Shown: positions 35,076-44,898, counted from the first letter of the stretch. The stretch is DNA of 50,795 bases from Pseudomonadota bacterium (GCA_043809315.1 JAZDDX010000028.1:1-50795); one strand, 5' to 3'. The notes: generated by a model not told the origin, from the letters alone. Program-made: numbers and translations.

Positions 35076-35539
35076 ACGAGCAAAAACTGCTCGACGCGGC
35101 GTTGGAAGAGGCAGAAACCGGATTGCGGGAAGGGGGGATCCCGATCGGCTCGGTCTTGGCGGATGCGAAGGGAGAGATCGTCGCGCGAGGGCACAACCGA
35201 AGGGTGCAGCGAAACGACCCGACGGCGCACGGGGAGACGGAGTGCATCCGTGCCGCCGGCCGACGCCGCGACTGGCATCAGCTGACGTTGGTGTCGACCT
35301 TGAGCCCCTGTCCGATGTGTTCGGGGACAGCACTTCTGTTCAAGATCCCCACCATCATCATCGGCGAGAACCGAACCTTTCTCGGTGCGGAGGATTGGCT
35401 GGAGAAGAGCGGGGTCCGGCTGATCCGGCTCCAGGATCAACGCTGTATCGATCTGATGACACGATTCATCCGGGAAAAGCCGGATCTTTGGAACGAGGAT
35501 ATCGGCGTGCCGCCTACCTGTGGGTGTGGGTGCGGATGA
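35072..35539 (+). CDS. Zinc-dependent nucleobase/nucleoside deaminase (fungal-type cytosine deaminase-like)
   Basis: EGGIPIG, HGE and PCPMC motifs; ATGA overlap with ddpX. Confidence 0.9.
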   Translation: MNEQKLLDAALEEAETGLREGGIPIGSVLADAKGEIVARGHNRRVQRNDPTAHGETECIRAAGRRRDWHQLTLVSTLSPCPMCSGTALLFKIPTIIIGENRTFLGAEDWLEKSGVRLIRLQDQRCIDLMTRFIREKPDLWNEDIGVPPTCGCGCG

Positions 35540-36014
35540 TCTCTTTGTGTTGCGGAAAAAGCCGGGAAAGCCGGTCGTAAGATCCCCCCTCGAAATCGGC
35601 GAACTCGAACCCCGGAGCAACGGTACAAACCAGAAGAGCCCACGCACCTTCCGCAGTCAGCTTTGTCCCTTGCCAGACACCGGCGGGGACGACGACATGG
35701 GGAAGCAGACCGTGCGGCAGATCGAATCCGATCCGGATCCGGGTGAGCCGCCCGTTGTCAGCAATCTGAACCATCTCGACCGGATCGCCCCGCAAGAAAT
35801 GAAAAATCTCGTCCGAGCGGACCTTGTGCAACCCTGAGAACTCAGTCGGCGTTACGAGATAATAGATGATCGTGCAGTAGCTTCTTTCCCCCGAATGGTT
35901 CGGAAGCGTACCGCCGGGGATCTTCCCCTCCGCCCGAAAAATCTCCTTATAGTACCCCCCCTCCTCCGGAAGAGGTTTCAGATCCAGGAGCCTGATGATG
36001 TCCGGGGCGTTCAT
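35514..36014 (-). CDS. Cupin_5 (DUF985) protein
   Basis: LKPLPEEGGYY, IYYL, SDEIFHF, VVPAGVWQ and CTVAPGFEFADFE motifs; ATGA overlap with the permease. Confidence 0.88.
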   Translation of the reverse strand: MNAPDIIRLLDLKPLPEEGGYYKEIFRAEGKIPGGTLPNHSGERSYCTIIYYLVTPTEFSGLHKVRSDEIFHFLRGDPVEMVQIADNGRLTRIRIGFDLPHGLLPHVVVPAGVWQGTKLTAEGAWALLVCTVAPGFEFADFEGGSYDRLSRLFPQHKEIIRTHTHR

Positions 36015-37609
36015 TCGTGAGCGATCGCGGGACGGCGGCTCGCTTTCGTTTGGGAAAGCGCCAAGAACAGCGCTGCCAGCACCAGGTAGGCGAGGGCGCA
36101 CTGGTACGGCACCTGTCTCGCCACGCCGGTGAGCGTCCAGGGGAGATACATCAAGCCGTCCGGTGAGGAGGAGTGGATGATCCCGAAGAACGAGAGCAGC
36201 GCGAGGATGCCGAGGTAGGCGGCCGAGTGTTTCAGGCGCCGGTCGATCAGCTCGGCCAAGAATGCCCCCCAGAACATCGCCGTGACGATGAATCCGTTAC
36301 CCAGAGCGATCGTCATCAGAAGCTCCGGAAGAGGTTTTCCTTGAGCGTTCAGAAGATTTTGGAAGATCGCCGTAGGGACCACTTCGGGGTTGCTCAACTT
36401 GATCGCCAGCATCCGCGCGACCGAAGGGAAGAAGGCGAACGCCACCGCCCACGCATGTTTCGGCGGGCAGGCCCGGAACGACTGCACCATGATGTCCATC
36501 GCAACGAAGATCAGAATCGGTGCCAGGACGGCGCGCGGGATCAGTTCCACGATGAACGAGACGTACCCCAATATTCCGCCCAAGCCGATGAAGATGCCGG
36601 TCGCGAGCGTGTAGCCGCACCGGGCCCCCATCCGTTTGTACGCCGGCTGCCCGATGTAGGGAGTCGACTGGGCAACCCCTCCGCAGAGCCCGGCGACCAG
36701 GGTTGCCACCGCTTCCGTGAGCAGGATGTTCCTCGTGTTGTAATCGTCCCCCGCGACACGGGCACTCTCGGTCACGTTGACGCCCCCGACGACGGTCAGG
36801 ATTGCGAACGGAATCGCGACCGGAAGGTACTTGAGGGCCGGAGCCAGACCCCCCAGAAATTCGAACGTCGGCAACGGGAGGCCGAAATGAAACTGGGCCG
36901 CGGGAAATCCGGTGTAGCCACCCCCTACGAGCCCGGTCGGGCCGAGAAGGTAGTAGAGAAGGGTTCCGCCGCAAACCGAGGCGAAGACTCCGGGGATCCG
37001 GAACGGAAGCTCGATCCCCGCCACGAGCGTGTAGAGGATGATCCCGAGTGCCAGAACGCCGACCAGCGGCATCCCAAAGATGTCGAGGAGCGGGAGGAAC
37101 CCGATCAGAGCGAGGCCGATCCCCGCGAGGGAGCCGAGGAGACCGGCTTGGGGGATGATTCGTTGGGCCCACCGGCCGAAGAACGAGAGGATCAGCTTGA
37201 CGAACCCCATCAGGATCATCGTCGCCATCCCGAGACGCCAGGTCATCATCGCCGCTTCCCGTTCCTCCATCCCGGAAGCCTTGAATCCGAGGAAGGCGGG
37301 ACCGAGGACGACCAACGCGATCCCGATCGTCGAAGGGGTGTCAAGGCCGAGCGGCATCGCGGTTACGTCGCGACCGGTTTTTTTCGCCAGGCGCCGCGCC
37401 ATCCAGGTGTAGACGAGATCGCCGAACAGCACGCCGAACGCGGTTCCCGGGAACATCTTCCCGTAAACGATGTCGGCGGGGAACTTGAAGGCGAAGATCA
37501 GAATCCCGGCGAGGAACGAGAGGACGGTTAAATTGTCGAACATCAGGCCGAAGAACCCGTTCAGGTCCCCCAGCACGAACCACTTGTACGGCCTATTCTG
37601 TTTGGTCAT
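36011..37609 (-). CDS. NCS2/AzgA-related nucleobase permease
   Basis: About 13 TM segments; GDLNGFFGL, TAMPLGLDTPS, ESARVAGDDY and YIGQPAYKRMGAR motifs. Confidence 0.8.
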   Translation of the reverse strand: MTKQNRPYKWFVLGDLNGFFGLMFDNLTVLSFLAGILIFAFKFPADIVYGKMFPGTAFGVLFGDLVYTWMARRLAKKTGRDVTAMPLGLDTPSTIGIALVVLGPAFLGFKASGMEEREAAMMTWRLGMATMILMGFVKLILSFFGRWAQRIIPQAGLLGSLAGIGLALIGFLPLLDIFGMPLVGVLALGIILYTLVAGIELPFRIPGVFASVCGGTLLYYLLGPTGLVGGGYTGFPAAQFHFGLPLPTFEFLGGLAPALKYLPVAIPFAILTVVGGVNVTESARVAGDDYNTRNILLTEAVATLVAGLCGGVAQSTPYIGQPAYKRMGARCGYTLATGIFIGLGGILGYVSFIVELIPRAVLAPILIFVAMDIMVQSFRACPPKHAWAVAFAFFPSVARMLAIKLSNPEVVPTAIFQNLLNAQGKPLPELLMTIALGNGFIVTAMFWGAFLAELIDRRLKHSAAYLGILALLSFFGIIHSSSPDGLMYLPWTLTGVARQVPYQCALAYLVLAALFLALSQTKASRRPAIAHE

Positions 37610-37667
37610 GGCGCTCCTGAGCTATTTTCAGGAGCTTCCGCGAGGGAGTCAATTCAAAGATGGCGCC

Positions 37668-38549
37668 TCAGCCGCGTTCGGTGAGGTAGACCCCCCCTAA
37701 GACCAGGAGCGAACCCGCCAGGAGGTTCCAACCGATCGTCTCCCCGAGGTACGCCCAGGAAACGAGGTAGGTCATCGGGGGGATCAGGTAGAGGTAGACA
37801 CCGACCTTCTGCGACTCCATCTTTTCGAGGGCGCGGAAATAGAGAAGGGTCGCCAGGAACGAACAGCCGACCCCGAGAAACGCCAGTGCCCCCCAACCGG
37901 CGGCGGTGACGGCGGCGAGGGTAAAACCGTGTCGCTGAGCTTCGATCCATCCGACCGGAAGCATCGTGATCGCCCCGATTGCCGTGACGATCGTCACCAC
38001 CTCGAGAGCGTCGGCTTTCATGGAGAGGTGTTTGCCATAGACGGTGAAAATCCCCCACATGGCGATGCTTGCGATTACCAGCAGGTCCCCCTTGAGGTGG
38101 TTTCCGAACTTCGCCGCCGCCAGCGTCCCGATCCCCATGACGACCAGGACTCCGACCATCGCCGTCAGAATTCCGGCGGTCTTCTTGGGGGTCAACCGCT
38201 CCCCGAGAACGAGAAAACCGATCAGCGTGATCGAAAGGGGGCCGGTGATCGAGTAAAGGGAAGCGTTCGCCGCCTGTGTCCATTGCAGACCGACCGTCTG
38301 CGTCCCGTAATGAAGGCTGGTTCCAAAGAGACTCAAGAGAACCATCTCGCCGAACCAACGCCAGCCGCGGAAGGTGAAGCGACGGCGGCGGTACGCCATC
38401 CAGGCGAGAAAACAGGCCGTCGACATGATAAGGCGGATCGTCACGACCGCGAACGGCGGGGTGGAGCGAAGGCCGACCTTGCTGGCGATGAAGGAGAGGG
38501 CCCAAAGCGCGCAGGCGGCGACGAGGGCGAGTTGGGATCGGCCGAACAT
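37668..38549 (-). CDS. DMT/EamA family transporter
   Basis: Two EamA repeats (LGERLT, LGETI), about 10 TM segments. Confidence 0.9.
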   Translation of the reverse strand: MFGRSQLALVAACALWALSFIASKVGLRSTPPFAVVTIRLIMSTACFLAWMAYRRRRFTFRGWRWFGEMVLLSLFGTSLHYGTQTVGLQWTQAANASLYSITGPLSITLIGFLVLGERLTPKKTAGILTAMVGVLVVMGIGTLAAAKFGNHLKGDLLVIASIAMWGIFTVYGKHLSMKADALEVVTIVTAIGAITMLPVGWIEAQRHGFTLAAVTAAGWGALAFLGVGCSFLATLLYFRALEKMESQKVGVYLYLIPPMTYLVSWAYLGETIGWNLLAGSLLVLGGVYLTERG

Positions 38550-38637
38550 GGAGAGCGGTTTTTACCCCGATCCCGGCGATTAGGGAAATGCAGGGGTCGT
38601 TATTGAGCAACACCTTCAGCTCCTGTATGTCTTTGGA

Positions 38638-39657
38638 GTGCTCGAACGACTCTCCTTCCTGGATCGTTACCTCACCGTATGGATCTTCCTCGGCATGGGG
38701 GTCGGGGTCGGCGGGGGATATCTCTTTCCGCAAGTGGTTCCGTTTCTGAACCGATTCAACGTCGGCACGACGTCAATTCCGATCGCGATCGGTCTCATTC
38801 TGATGATGTACCCGCCTCTGGCGAAAGTTCGGTACGAGGAGATGGGCCCGGTTTTCCGAAACGTCAAAGTCCTGGGACTTTCTCTGATTCAGAACTGGGT
38901 CGTCGGTCCGATCTTGATGTTCGCCCTTGCGGTGATCTTCCTGCGGGACAAGCCGGAATACATGGTGGGGCTGATCATGATCGGGCTGGCCCGATGTATC
39001 GCCATGGTGATCGTCTGGAACGATCTGGCCAAGGGGGACAACGAATACTGTGCCGGACTCGTGGCGTTCAACTCCCTGTTTCAAGTCTTTTTCTATTCGA
39101 TCTACGCCTACATCTTCATCACGGTTCTTCCGACCTGGTTCGGCCTCGAAGGGGTGACCGTTCATGTCACGATCGGGGAGATCGCCAAGAGCGTTTTCGT
39201 CTATCTGGGGATCCCGTTCCTTGCCGGAATCATCAGCCGCTTCGCGCTCATCCGGATAAAAGGGAGGCGGTGGTTCGAGGAGAAATATATCCCGAAGATC
39301 AGCCCGATCGCGTTGATCGCGCTCCTCTTCACCATCGTCGTGATGTTTTCTCTGAAAGGAGAATACATCGTTGCACTTCCGTTTGATGTCGTTCGGATCG
39401 CCGTTCCGTTATTGATCTATTTCGTCGTGATGTTCTTTGTTTCATTCTTCATGAGCAAGAAAGTCAGGGCAACCTACGGCCAGGCGACGACGCTCAGTTT
39501 CACCGCGGCGTCCAACAACTTCGAGTTGGCGATCGCCGTCGCGATCGCGACGTTCGGAATCGGTCATGGAGCCGCATTTGCCGCGGTGATCGGTCCGCTC
39601 GTCGAAGTGCCGGCGCTCATCGCGCTGGTGAACGTCGCGCTCCGGATGCGATATTGA
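38638..39657 (+). CDS. acr3: Acr3 family arsenite efflux transporter
   Basis: [34 protein letters not shown] and GPLVEVP motifs. Confidence 0.95.
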   Translation: MLERLSFLDRYLTVWIFLGMGVGVGGGYLFPQVVPFLNRFNVGTTSIPIAIGLILMMYPPLAKVRYEEMGPVFRNVKVLGLSLIQNWVVGPILMFALAVIFLRDKPEYMVGLIMIGLARCIAMVIVWNDLAKGDNEYCAGLVAFNSLFQVFFYSIYAYIFITVLPTWFGLEGVTVHVTIGEIAKSVFVYLGIPFLAGIISRFALIRIKGRRWFEEKYIPKISPIALIALLFTIVVMFSLKGEYIVALPFDVVRIAVPLLIYFVVMFFVSFFMSKKVRATYGQATTLSFTAASNNFELAIAVAIATFGIGHGAAFAAVIGPLVEVPALIALVNVALRMRY

Positions 39658-39671
39658 GGGAGATCGCCGCT

Positions 39672-40160
39672 TTAGCTGGAACGGGTTGCCCTCTTCACGA
39701 GGGTCACCATCAACCAAGCGAGTGCGTAAACCCCCAGGAATACGAAGCCAGAATAGATGGGAACGTAGAAGAAACCAACACCCGCCGGTGCATTTTTGTC
39801 GAGACTCCAAACAACCCATCCGAACATGAAAACGTAAAACAAAAATGCGAGGCCGACGGAAAGGACGAGGGGAAGGGGTCCGGCGCTGAGATGGTTTACT
39901 CCCCGTTCGACCCATTGGCGTTGAGCTGTTTCAAGGAGTGTGGCGAAAACGGAAGAAGTCAGCGCGAACAAGAACGCGAACAGAACAAGTCCGACGATCA
40001 ACGCAAGAAACATGAGCGATTTCAAACCAATCCCGACGGGTTCGTTGCGGACCTCTTGGATCGGTCCCGGGATCGCCAAGAAGCCAATTACGACAATCTG
40101 TGGGATCCAGATCGCGAGGGCGATGATTGACTTGCGGGAGAGGCGGGCCACCCGAGCCAT
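39672..40160 (-). CDS. Hypothetical four-TM membrane protein
   Basis: Four hydrophobic segments; fills the gap between acr3 and the MFS gene. Confidence 0.6.
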   Translation of the reverse strand: MARVARLSRKSIIALAIWIPQIVVIGFLAIPGPIQEVRNEPVGIGLKSLMFLALIVGLVLFAFLFALTSSVFATLLETAQRQWVERGVNHLSAGPLPLVLSVGLAFLFYVFMFGWVVWSLDKNAPAGVGFFYVPIYSGFVFLGVYALAWLMVTLVKRATRSS

Positions 40161-40217
40161 GTTAAAAGAAATTGCCTAACTTGGGAATCTACGTCAGGGA
40201 TGGAAAAAGAGGGACCC

Positions 40218-41751
40218 ATGGACCAAACGACGAATCCCGAGAAAAAACCGTTTCTGCGCTCGTTCCCGAAGACCTTTTGGGTGGCCAACCTGATGGAGCT
40301 CTTCGAGCGCGGGGCTTACTACGGCCTGAACGCCCTTCTGGCTGTCTACCTGAGGGACAAGGTGGAGGCCGGAGGCCTCGGCTTTCAGGAGGACGAGGTC
40401 GGGCTTCTCCAGGGGGTGGTATATGCGGCGACCTACGTCGTGCCGATCCTGGGGGGCGCCTTAGCCGACCGATACGGCTACCGGCGGCTTCTCCTGGTGG
40501 CGTTCTCGTTCCTCTCGGCCGGCTACTTCCTCTCCGGAAATGTCACCAGTTACTGGGTGGTGTTTGCGACGTTGTTGCTGATGGCAACCGGCTCCGGCCT
40601 TTTCAAGCCGATCATCACCGGGACGGTGGCCAAGACCACGAACGAGTCGAACTCCGGTCTCGGCTTCGGCATTTACTACTGGATGATCAACCTGGGCGCC
40701 CTCATCGGGCCTCTCGTGGCCGGATATCTCAAAGGGTTCTCGTGGAGCTACGTTTTCTTCGCCAGCTCGCTCTACTGTGCGTTGATGTTCCTTCCGACGC
40801 TGTTCGTGTTCCGCGAGCCGGCGCGAATGGAAGGGGCCCGAAAGCTCAAAGACGTGTTGGGCGGGGCCGCCATGGTCCTCTCCAACTCACGTTTCATGCT
40901 CTTGATCTTCGTCTATTCCTGTTTCTGGATCCTTTATTTCCAGAATTTCGGCACCGTCCTTTGGTATTTGCGCGACTTCATCGACGGGGGACCGGTCAAC
41001 ACGTTCATGAACGGGGTTCTGGCCCTTCCGGGTCTCTCTTGGCTGGGGCTGGCGGGGGAAGTTCCGTTTGGATGCCGAGCACGTGACCGTCGTAAATGCC
41101 GGGACCATCGTGATTCTGCAAATCGCGGTCAGCCGGATCGTCAAGAACCGTGGGGCGCTCCCCACGATGATGGTCGGCATTTTTATCGGGGCGTTAGGGT
41201 TCATGCTGCTGGCTTCCTCGCAGTACGTCTGGGTTTTCTTAGCCGGCATCGTCGTCTTCTCCATCGGAGAGATGACCTGCCACCCGAAGTACTACAGCTA
41301 CATCGGACGGGTCGCCCCTGAGGAGCAGAAGGCGGTCTACATGGGGTACGCTTTTCTTTACGGGGTGATCGGATCTCTCGTGGGATCGAATGTGGGGGGG
41401 GAGATGTACAAGGCGTTTCTCTCTCCGCGGATCGGCCAAGGTGGCATAGAAGATGTTTTGCGTAATTTCTGGCTCGTCTTCGGCGTGCTCGGGGTGGTCA
41501 CCAGCGGACTTCTATTCGTCTACCACAAACTTTTCGGACAGGATTCCCCCGTCACCCAAGCGCGTGCTCGCAAGGTCATGTTCGCCGTTTATGTCCTCCT
41601 TCTGTTGGCCGCGGGGACGGTTCTTTATTTCGTAAATGCGAAGCAAGGGCATGTCCCGGTCAAGACTTGGATCCAGGCCGGCATCATGTCGATCGTCGGG
41701 ATGGGGGGGCTGATCGCTCTGCGGGCCGACGCGAGACGCAGAATGGCGTAA
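40218..41751 (+). pseudogene. POT/PTR-like MFS transporter, frameshifted near 41054-41058 (real lesion or assembly error)
   Basis: N-half (ELFERGAYYG, GGALADRYGYRR) in ORF 40200-41321 and C-half (AEHVTVVNAG, FSIGEM, YMGY) in ORF 41068-41751. Removing one G from the G5 run joins them. Confidence 0.85.
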
Positions 41752-41759
41752 GGAGTGTT

Positions 41760-41921
41760 TTGTTGAAGGGTGCGTTCGCGTGGCCGTTCGTGGCGGCCCT
41801 GCTCTTGGGGGCATGCTCGGAAGATGCCACCAACGAGGGCACTCCAACGGCTACCCCGACCTCTTCCGTAACCCCTTCGCCGACCCCCGGGTCGGTGAAC
41901 AGCACAAGGAGGAGCTTGTGA
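41760..41921 (+). CDS. 53-aa lipoprotein-like remnant (signal + Thr/Pro linker only)
   Basis: AAGGAG site, TTG start, LLLGA-C lipobox, TPTATPTSSVTPSPTP, then stop overlapping the next GTG. Confidence 0.45.
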   Translation: MLKGAFAWPFVAALLLGACSEDATNEGTPTATPTSSVTPSPTPGSVNSTRRSL

Positions 41922-42424
41922 GCAAGGCGCTGCTGGTGATTGATGTCCAAAACGATTATTTCTCGGAAGGGAAGTTCCCGCTCTGGAATGCGGATGTAAC
42001 ACTTCAAAACGTCGAGCGGGCCATTCAAAAAGCCAACGTTCGCAAGACTCCGGTCATTCTCGTTCAGCATATTAGCCGTGGACCCTCCCCATTTTTCAAC
42101 CAAGGTACGGCAGGGGTCGAGATCCATCCCCGAGTTCTTGCCGCCGCGCCGAAAGCGCCGATTGTCGTAAAAGACTTTGCCGATAGTTTTGCGGACACCA
42201 CGCTGGAAGATACGTTGACCAAGCTGGGCACAACAGAGCTTCTGGTCTGCGGCATGATGACCCAGAATTGCGTGACCCACACCGCGATCTCGAAGTCGGC
42301 CGAAAAATACAACGTATCGATCCTGGTCGACTGTTGCACGACGGTAAGTGAGATGCTGCACTTGATCGCTTTGAATGCCGTGTCCAGGCGCGTGCACCTC
42401 ATGTCGTCGGAACAGGCGCTGTAA
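41918..42424 (+). CDS. Isochorismatase-like cysteine hydrolase
   Basis: ALLVIDVQNDYF, VVK and GMMTQNCV motifs; GTG start with AGGAGG site. Confidence 0.9.
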   Translation: MSKALLVIDVQNDYFSEGKFPLWNADVTLQNVERAIQKANVRKTPVILVQHISRGPSPFFNQGTAGVEIHPRVLAAAPKAPIVVKDFADSFADTTLEDTLTKLGTTELLVCGMMTQNCVTHTAISKSAEKYNVSILVDCCTTVSEMLHLIALNAVSRRVHLMSSEQAL

Positions 42425-42483
42425 TGTCGCGGCTGGGGATCGCCCCCGAGGTGTCGGAGAAACTTAGGAAAGATTCGGGCTGC

Positions 42484-42508
42484 AAGAAGTAGCCCGCGGC
42501 TACTTCTT
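42484..42508 (+). terminator. Hairpin, probable terminator
   Basis: AAGAAGTAGCC-CGC-GGCTACTTCTT downstream of the hydrolase gene. Confidence 0.55.
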
Positions 42509-42583
42509 TCATAGTTCGGGGGGATGAAGCCGCCCCACCCGCGCGAAAACAGCAATAAAAACAGCCACTTTTAGGCATGGGAG

Positions 42584-42600
42584 TTGGCGTCTGGTTTGCA
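42584..42600 (+). promoter_or_regulatory. Putative sigma54 promoter
   Basis: TTGGCGTCTGGTTTGCA (GG-N10-GC, TTGCA at -12). Confidence 0.5.
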
Positions 42601-42614
42601 ACTCCCTTTGCTCT

Positions 42615-43061
42615 ATGGACCAGGAACTTGAGTTCGAGGTAACGGAACCGTTAGGAAGAGCCATCACCAACCGGATCGAGGGGAGTTTTTCAAAACTGAC
42701 TCACCACCTCTTTCCTTCCAAGGAGATGACCAAGCACTTGATCCGGATCAACGCTCTTCTGTTCGTCGTTGTCGCTGTCGTTGCCTTTGTAAAATGGAGG
42801 GGGAACTCAGAGCAAAAGCCTTTTGAAGTGACGGTGATGGCGCCCGTCTCTTCTGAGTCGAAAACACGAGTCGGCTTTCCGACGGAAGCGCAGCTCAAGC
42901 AAAACGGATTTCTGGAGGAAAAAACGGCACCTTCGAAAAAGGGCGTTTCTACAAAGATGAAAACGACCCCCCAATTGAAATCAAAGGCTCCTGTGAAGAA
43001 TCGATCGCAGGTAGAAAAAATTTCGAAAAAGAAACCGAAGTCAACGAATATTAGGTCGTAA
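42615..43061 (+). CDS. Hypothetical single-TM protein with Lys-rich tail; start uncertain, possibly 42726
   Basis: One TM segment (ALLFVVVAVVAFV) and a basic low-complexity C-terminus; downstream of the sigma54-like site. Confidence 0.45.
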   Translation: MDQELEFEVTEPLGRAITNRIEGSFSKLTHHLFPSKEMTKHLIRINALLFVVVAVVAFVKWRGNSEQKPFEVTVMAPVSSESKTRVGFPTEAQLKQNGFLEEKTAPSKKGVSTKMKTTPQLKSKAPVKNRSQVEKISKKKPKSTNIRS

Positions 43062-43719
43062 GTGCTTTCAGGATTCTCTCGGCTTCAACTTCGTCAATAA
43101 GAACAAAGCGTTTCAATCGATCTTCGTAGGCATATACGTTTGCCGTGGACAATTCGAACCACCAACCATGAAGCCGTAGCTTGCCTTCCTTCGTTCGGGC
43201 CTGAACCGAAGGGTAGGTTTTGAGATGGGCTATCTGTTGCAGGACGTTAAGCTGGGACACGAAGTTGTGGTGCTCCTTGGGGCCTTCGACCAAAAGGTTG
43301 TCGCCTTTCTTGGGAAGGCTTCGTTCCGCATGCCTCAGCCAAGCGCGTAAGTTCGGCGTGGTCACATGCTCCCTGCCTTGAATCAAGGCTTGAATCGCCC
43401 CGCACTCAGAATGTCCGCAAAGAATGATGTCCCGAACTTGTAGTGTCTGGACGGCAAATTCGATGGCCGCCGCCTCGGATTCATCGGCGGTCGAAACCCC
43501 GTTCGAATCACAGGGCGGAATCAGATTGCCGACGTTTCGGACGACAAAAAGATCCCCGGGATTCGTGGAGGCAAAGAGATTCGGGACCACACGACTATCC
43601 GAACATGCGATGAACAGAGAGTCGGGAGTTTGACCCGACGCGAGTTTCGTAAAGGTTTCCCGATAGTCAGGTAAGACTTTTTGACGAAACTCAATGATCC
43701 CCTGGAGAAGCTTCTTCAA
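43051..43719 (-). CDS. Beta-class carbonic anhydrase
   Basis: ACSDSRV, RNVGN and GHSECGA zinc-ligand motifs. Confidence 0.93.
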   Translation of the reverse strand: MKKLLQGIIEFRQKVLPDYRETFTKLASGQTPDSLFIACSDSRVVPNLFASTNPGDLFVVRNVGNLIPPCDSNGVSTADESEAAAIEFAVQTLQVRDIILCGHSECGAIQALIQGREHVTTPNLRAWLRHAERSLPKKGDNLLVEGPKEHHNFVSQLNVLQQIAHLKTYPSVQARTKEGKLRLHGWWFELSTANVYAYEDRLKRFVLIDEVEAERILKALTT

Positions 43720-43811
43720 TTCCCTGTCTTTCTAGCAGTGGAATCGAAAAGGGAGAAGAACTGAACGCTCAGGTCGATAATCGGTCTTGGGGTGTCGTGG
43801 AGTCTCTTGAA

Positions 43812-43836
43812 GTTCAACTGAAAAAATTGGCTCCCC
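43812..43836 (-). repeat. Degenerate copy of tRNA-Asn 3' end plus flank
   Basis: GTTCAACTGAAAAAATTGGCTCCCC versus GTTCAGAGTGAAAAAGTTGGCTCCCC at the tRNA. Confidence 0.6.
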
Positions 43837-43893
43837 AAATATATGCCAAAAGGAATGTCCTGCGTGTGGGGTGTCTACGGAACTTGAGCAGAG

Positions 43894-44025
43894 GTGAAGG
43901 GTCAGATCAGCGGAACCGAAGATGAAGTGATTAAGGTTGCTGTCAGACACGCTGTTTCGGACCATGGCTACCCCGACACGACGGACATGCGCCAACAAAT
44001 CCGAAAGATGATGAAAGACGCGTAA
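43894..44025 (+). pseudogene. DUF1059-like fragment lacking the N-terminal Cys pair
   Basis: Manual translation VKGQISGTEDEVIKVAVRHAVSDHGYPDTTDMRQQIRKMMKDA*; in-frame TGA at 43885. Confidence 0.5.
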
Positions 44026-44052
44026 GAGCGAATTCCTGGCCCAAAACAGACA

Positions 44053-44087
44053 GGAGGGCAACGGCTTCGGCCGAGGCGTTGCCCTCC
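44053..44087. terminator. Strong hairpin between convergent genes
   Basis: GGAGGGCAACG ... CGTTGCCCTCC, an 11-bp perfect stem. Confidence 0.65.
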
Positions 44088-44106
44088 CGATCGAACTACC
44101 TCAAAG

Positions 44107-44898
44107 TTAGCAGCGACCGCCGGTCCATTGGCCGGAGCCCAACCCTGTCGCGGACCAGGTTCCGTTAGCGCTGGAGCTGTCGATGGTCCCCCGGGCTGAA
44201 CCGAGCTGGTACGTAATGTTTAAGGTATTGCTCGTAAATCGATCGCCAGCGAGAAAGTCCGCGTTAGGTCCATCATTCGTGGGATCCGTGCATGACGTTA
44301 CAGCGCCCGCATAAGCACCCACGAGATTGGCGCCGGCGTCCGGCCCGACCGTAAAGTTCCAGATCCCACTAACGTTGCATCCCAAGTTTGCCGTATCGTG
44401 ACCGTGGAACTCACCGCAGTAAAGCAGCGGCGCTCCTCCCGCCCCGGATATCGCGGCGAACGCGCCGACTCGCGCTGCGCCGACATCGACGGTTCCGGTA
44501 AATGTATCCGTGTTCGGATCATACGCGCCGTCCAGTCTGACGGTGTCTCCTGAGGGGAGTGTTCCCTGCACTCGGACGGTGATGTGGGTGGCATCAACAA
44601 CGGTAGCAACTCCTGTGACGGGCGTGTTTTGTCCGTTGTCTGTATACGTTCCCGTAACGTTGTATGTGCCCGCAGGCAATGTCGCAATCTGGGCTCGCGG
44701 TCCCAACTTCGGATTTTTTGTTTCAGAGACCGTGAGGGTCACGACTCCGGACAGGTTCGCGCCGCTCACAACGCCGCTGAACTCATTGGGTCCTGCCAAA
44801 GTTGTGGTTGGGTTGGCGCCGCTGCTGCATGCGGTAAGAAGCAAGAGTGCCGCTAATGTGGCGAATCTTCGCAGACCGAAACCTTTTAGAACATGCAT
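44107..44898 (-). CDS. Gly/Thr-rich beta-strand lipoprotein, function unknown
   Basis: GGGAGG site, lipobox LLTA-C, four further Cys. Confidence 0.75.
   Translation of the reverse strand: MHVLKGFGLRRFATLAALLLLTACSSGANPTTTLAGPNEFSGVVSGANLSGVVTLTVSETKNPKLGPRAQIATLPAGTYNVTGTYTDNGQNTPVTGVATVVDATHITVRVQGTLPSGDTVRLDGAYDPNTDTFTGTVDVGAARVGAFAAISGAGGAPLLYCGEFHGHDTANLGCNVSGIWNFTVGPDAGANLVGAYAGAVTSCTDPTNDGPNADFLAGDRFTSNTLNITYQLGSARGTIDSSSANGTWSATGLGSGQWTGGRC

Noticed and set aside
35510-35539. CGCGCG Cys/Gly tail on the deaminase as a metal-binding motif
   Set aside because: Arises from a short TGGGTG repeat in the convergent overlap with the cupin gene; probably incidental.
43732-44061. 109-aa minus-strand ORF
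   Set aside because: Antisense to the DUF1059-like fragment and spans the att-like repeat; no protein-like features.
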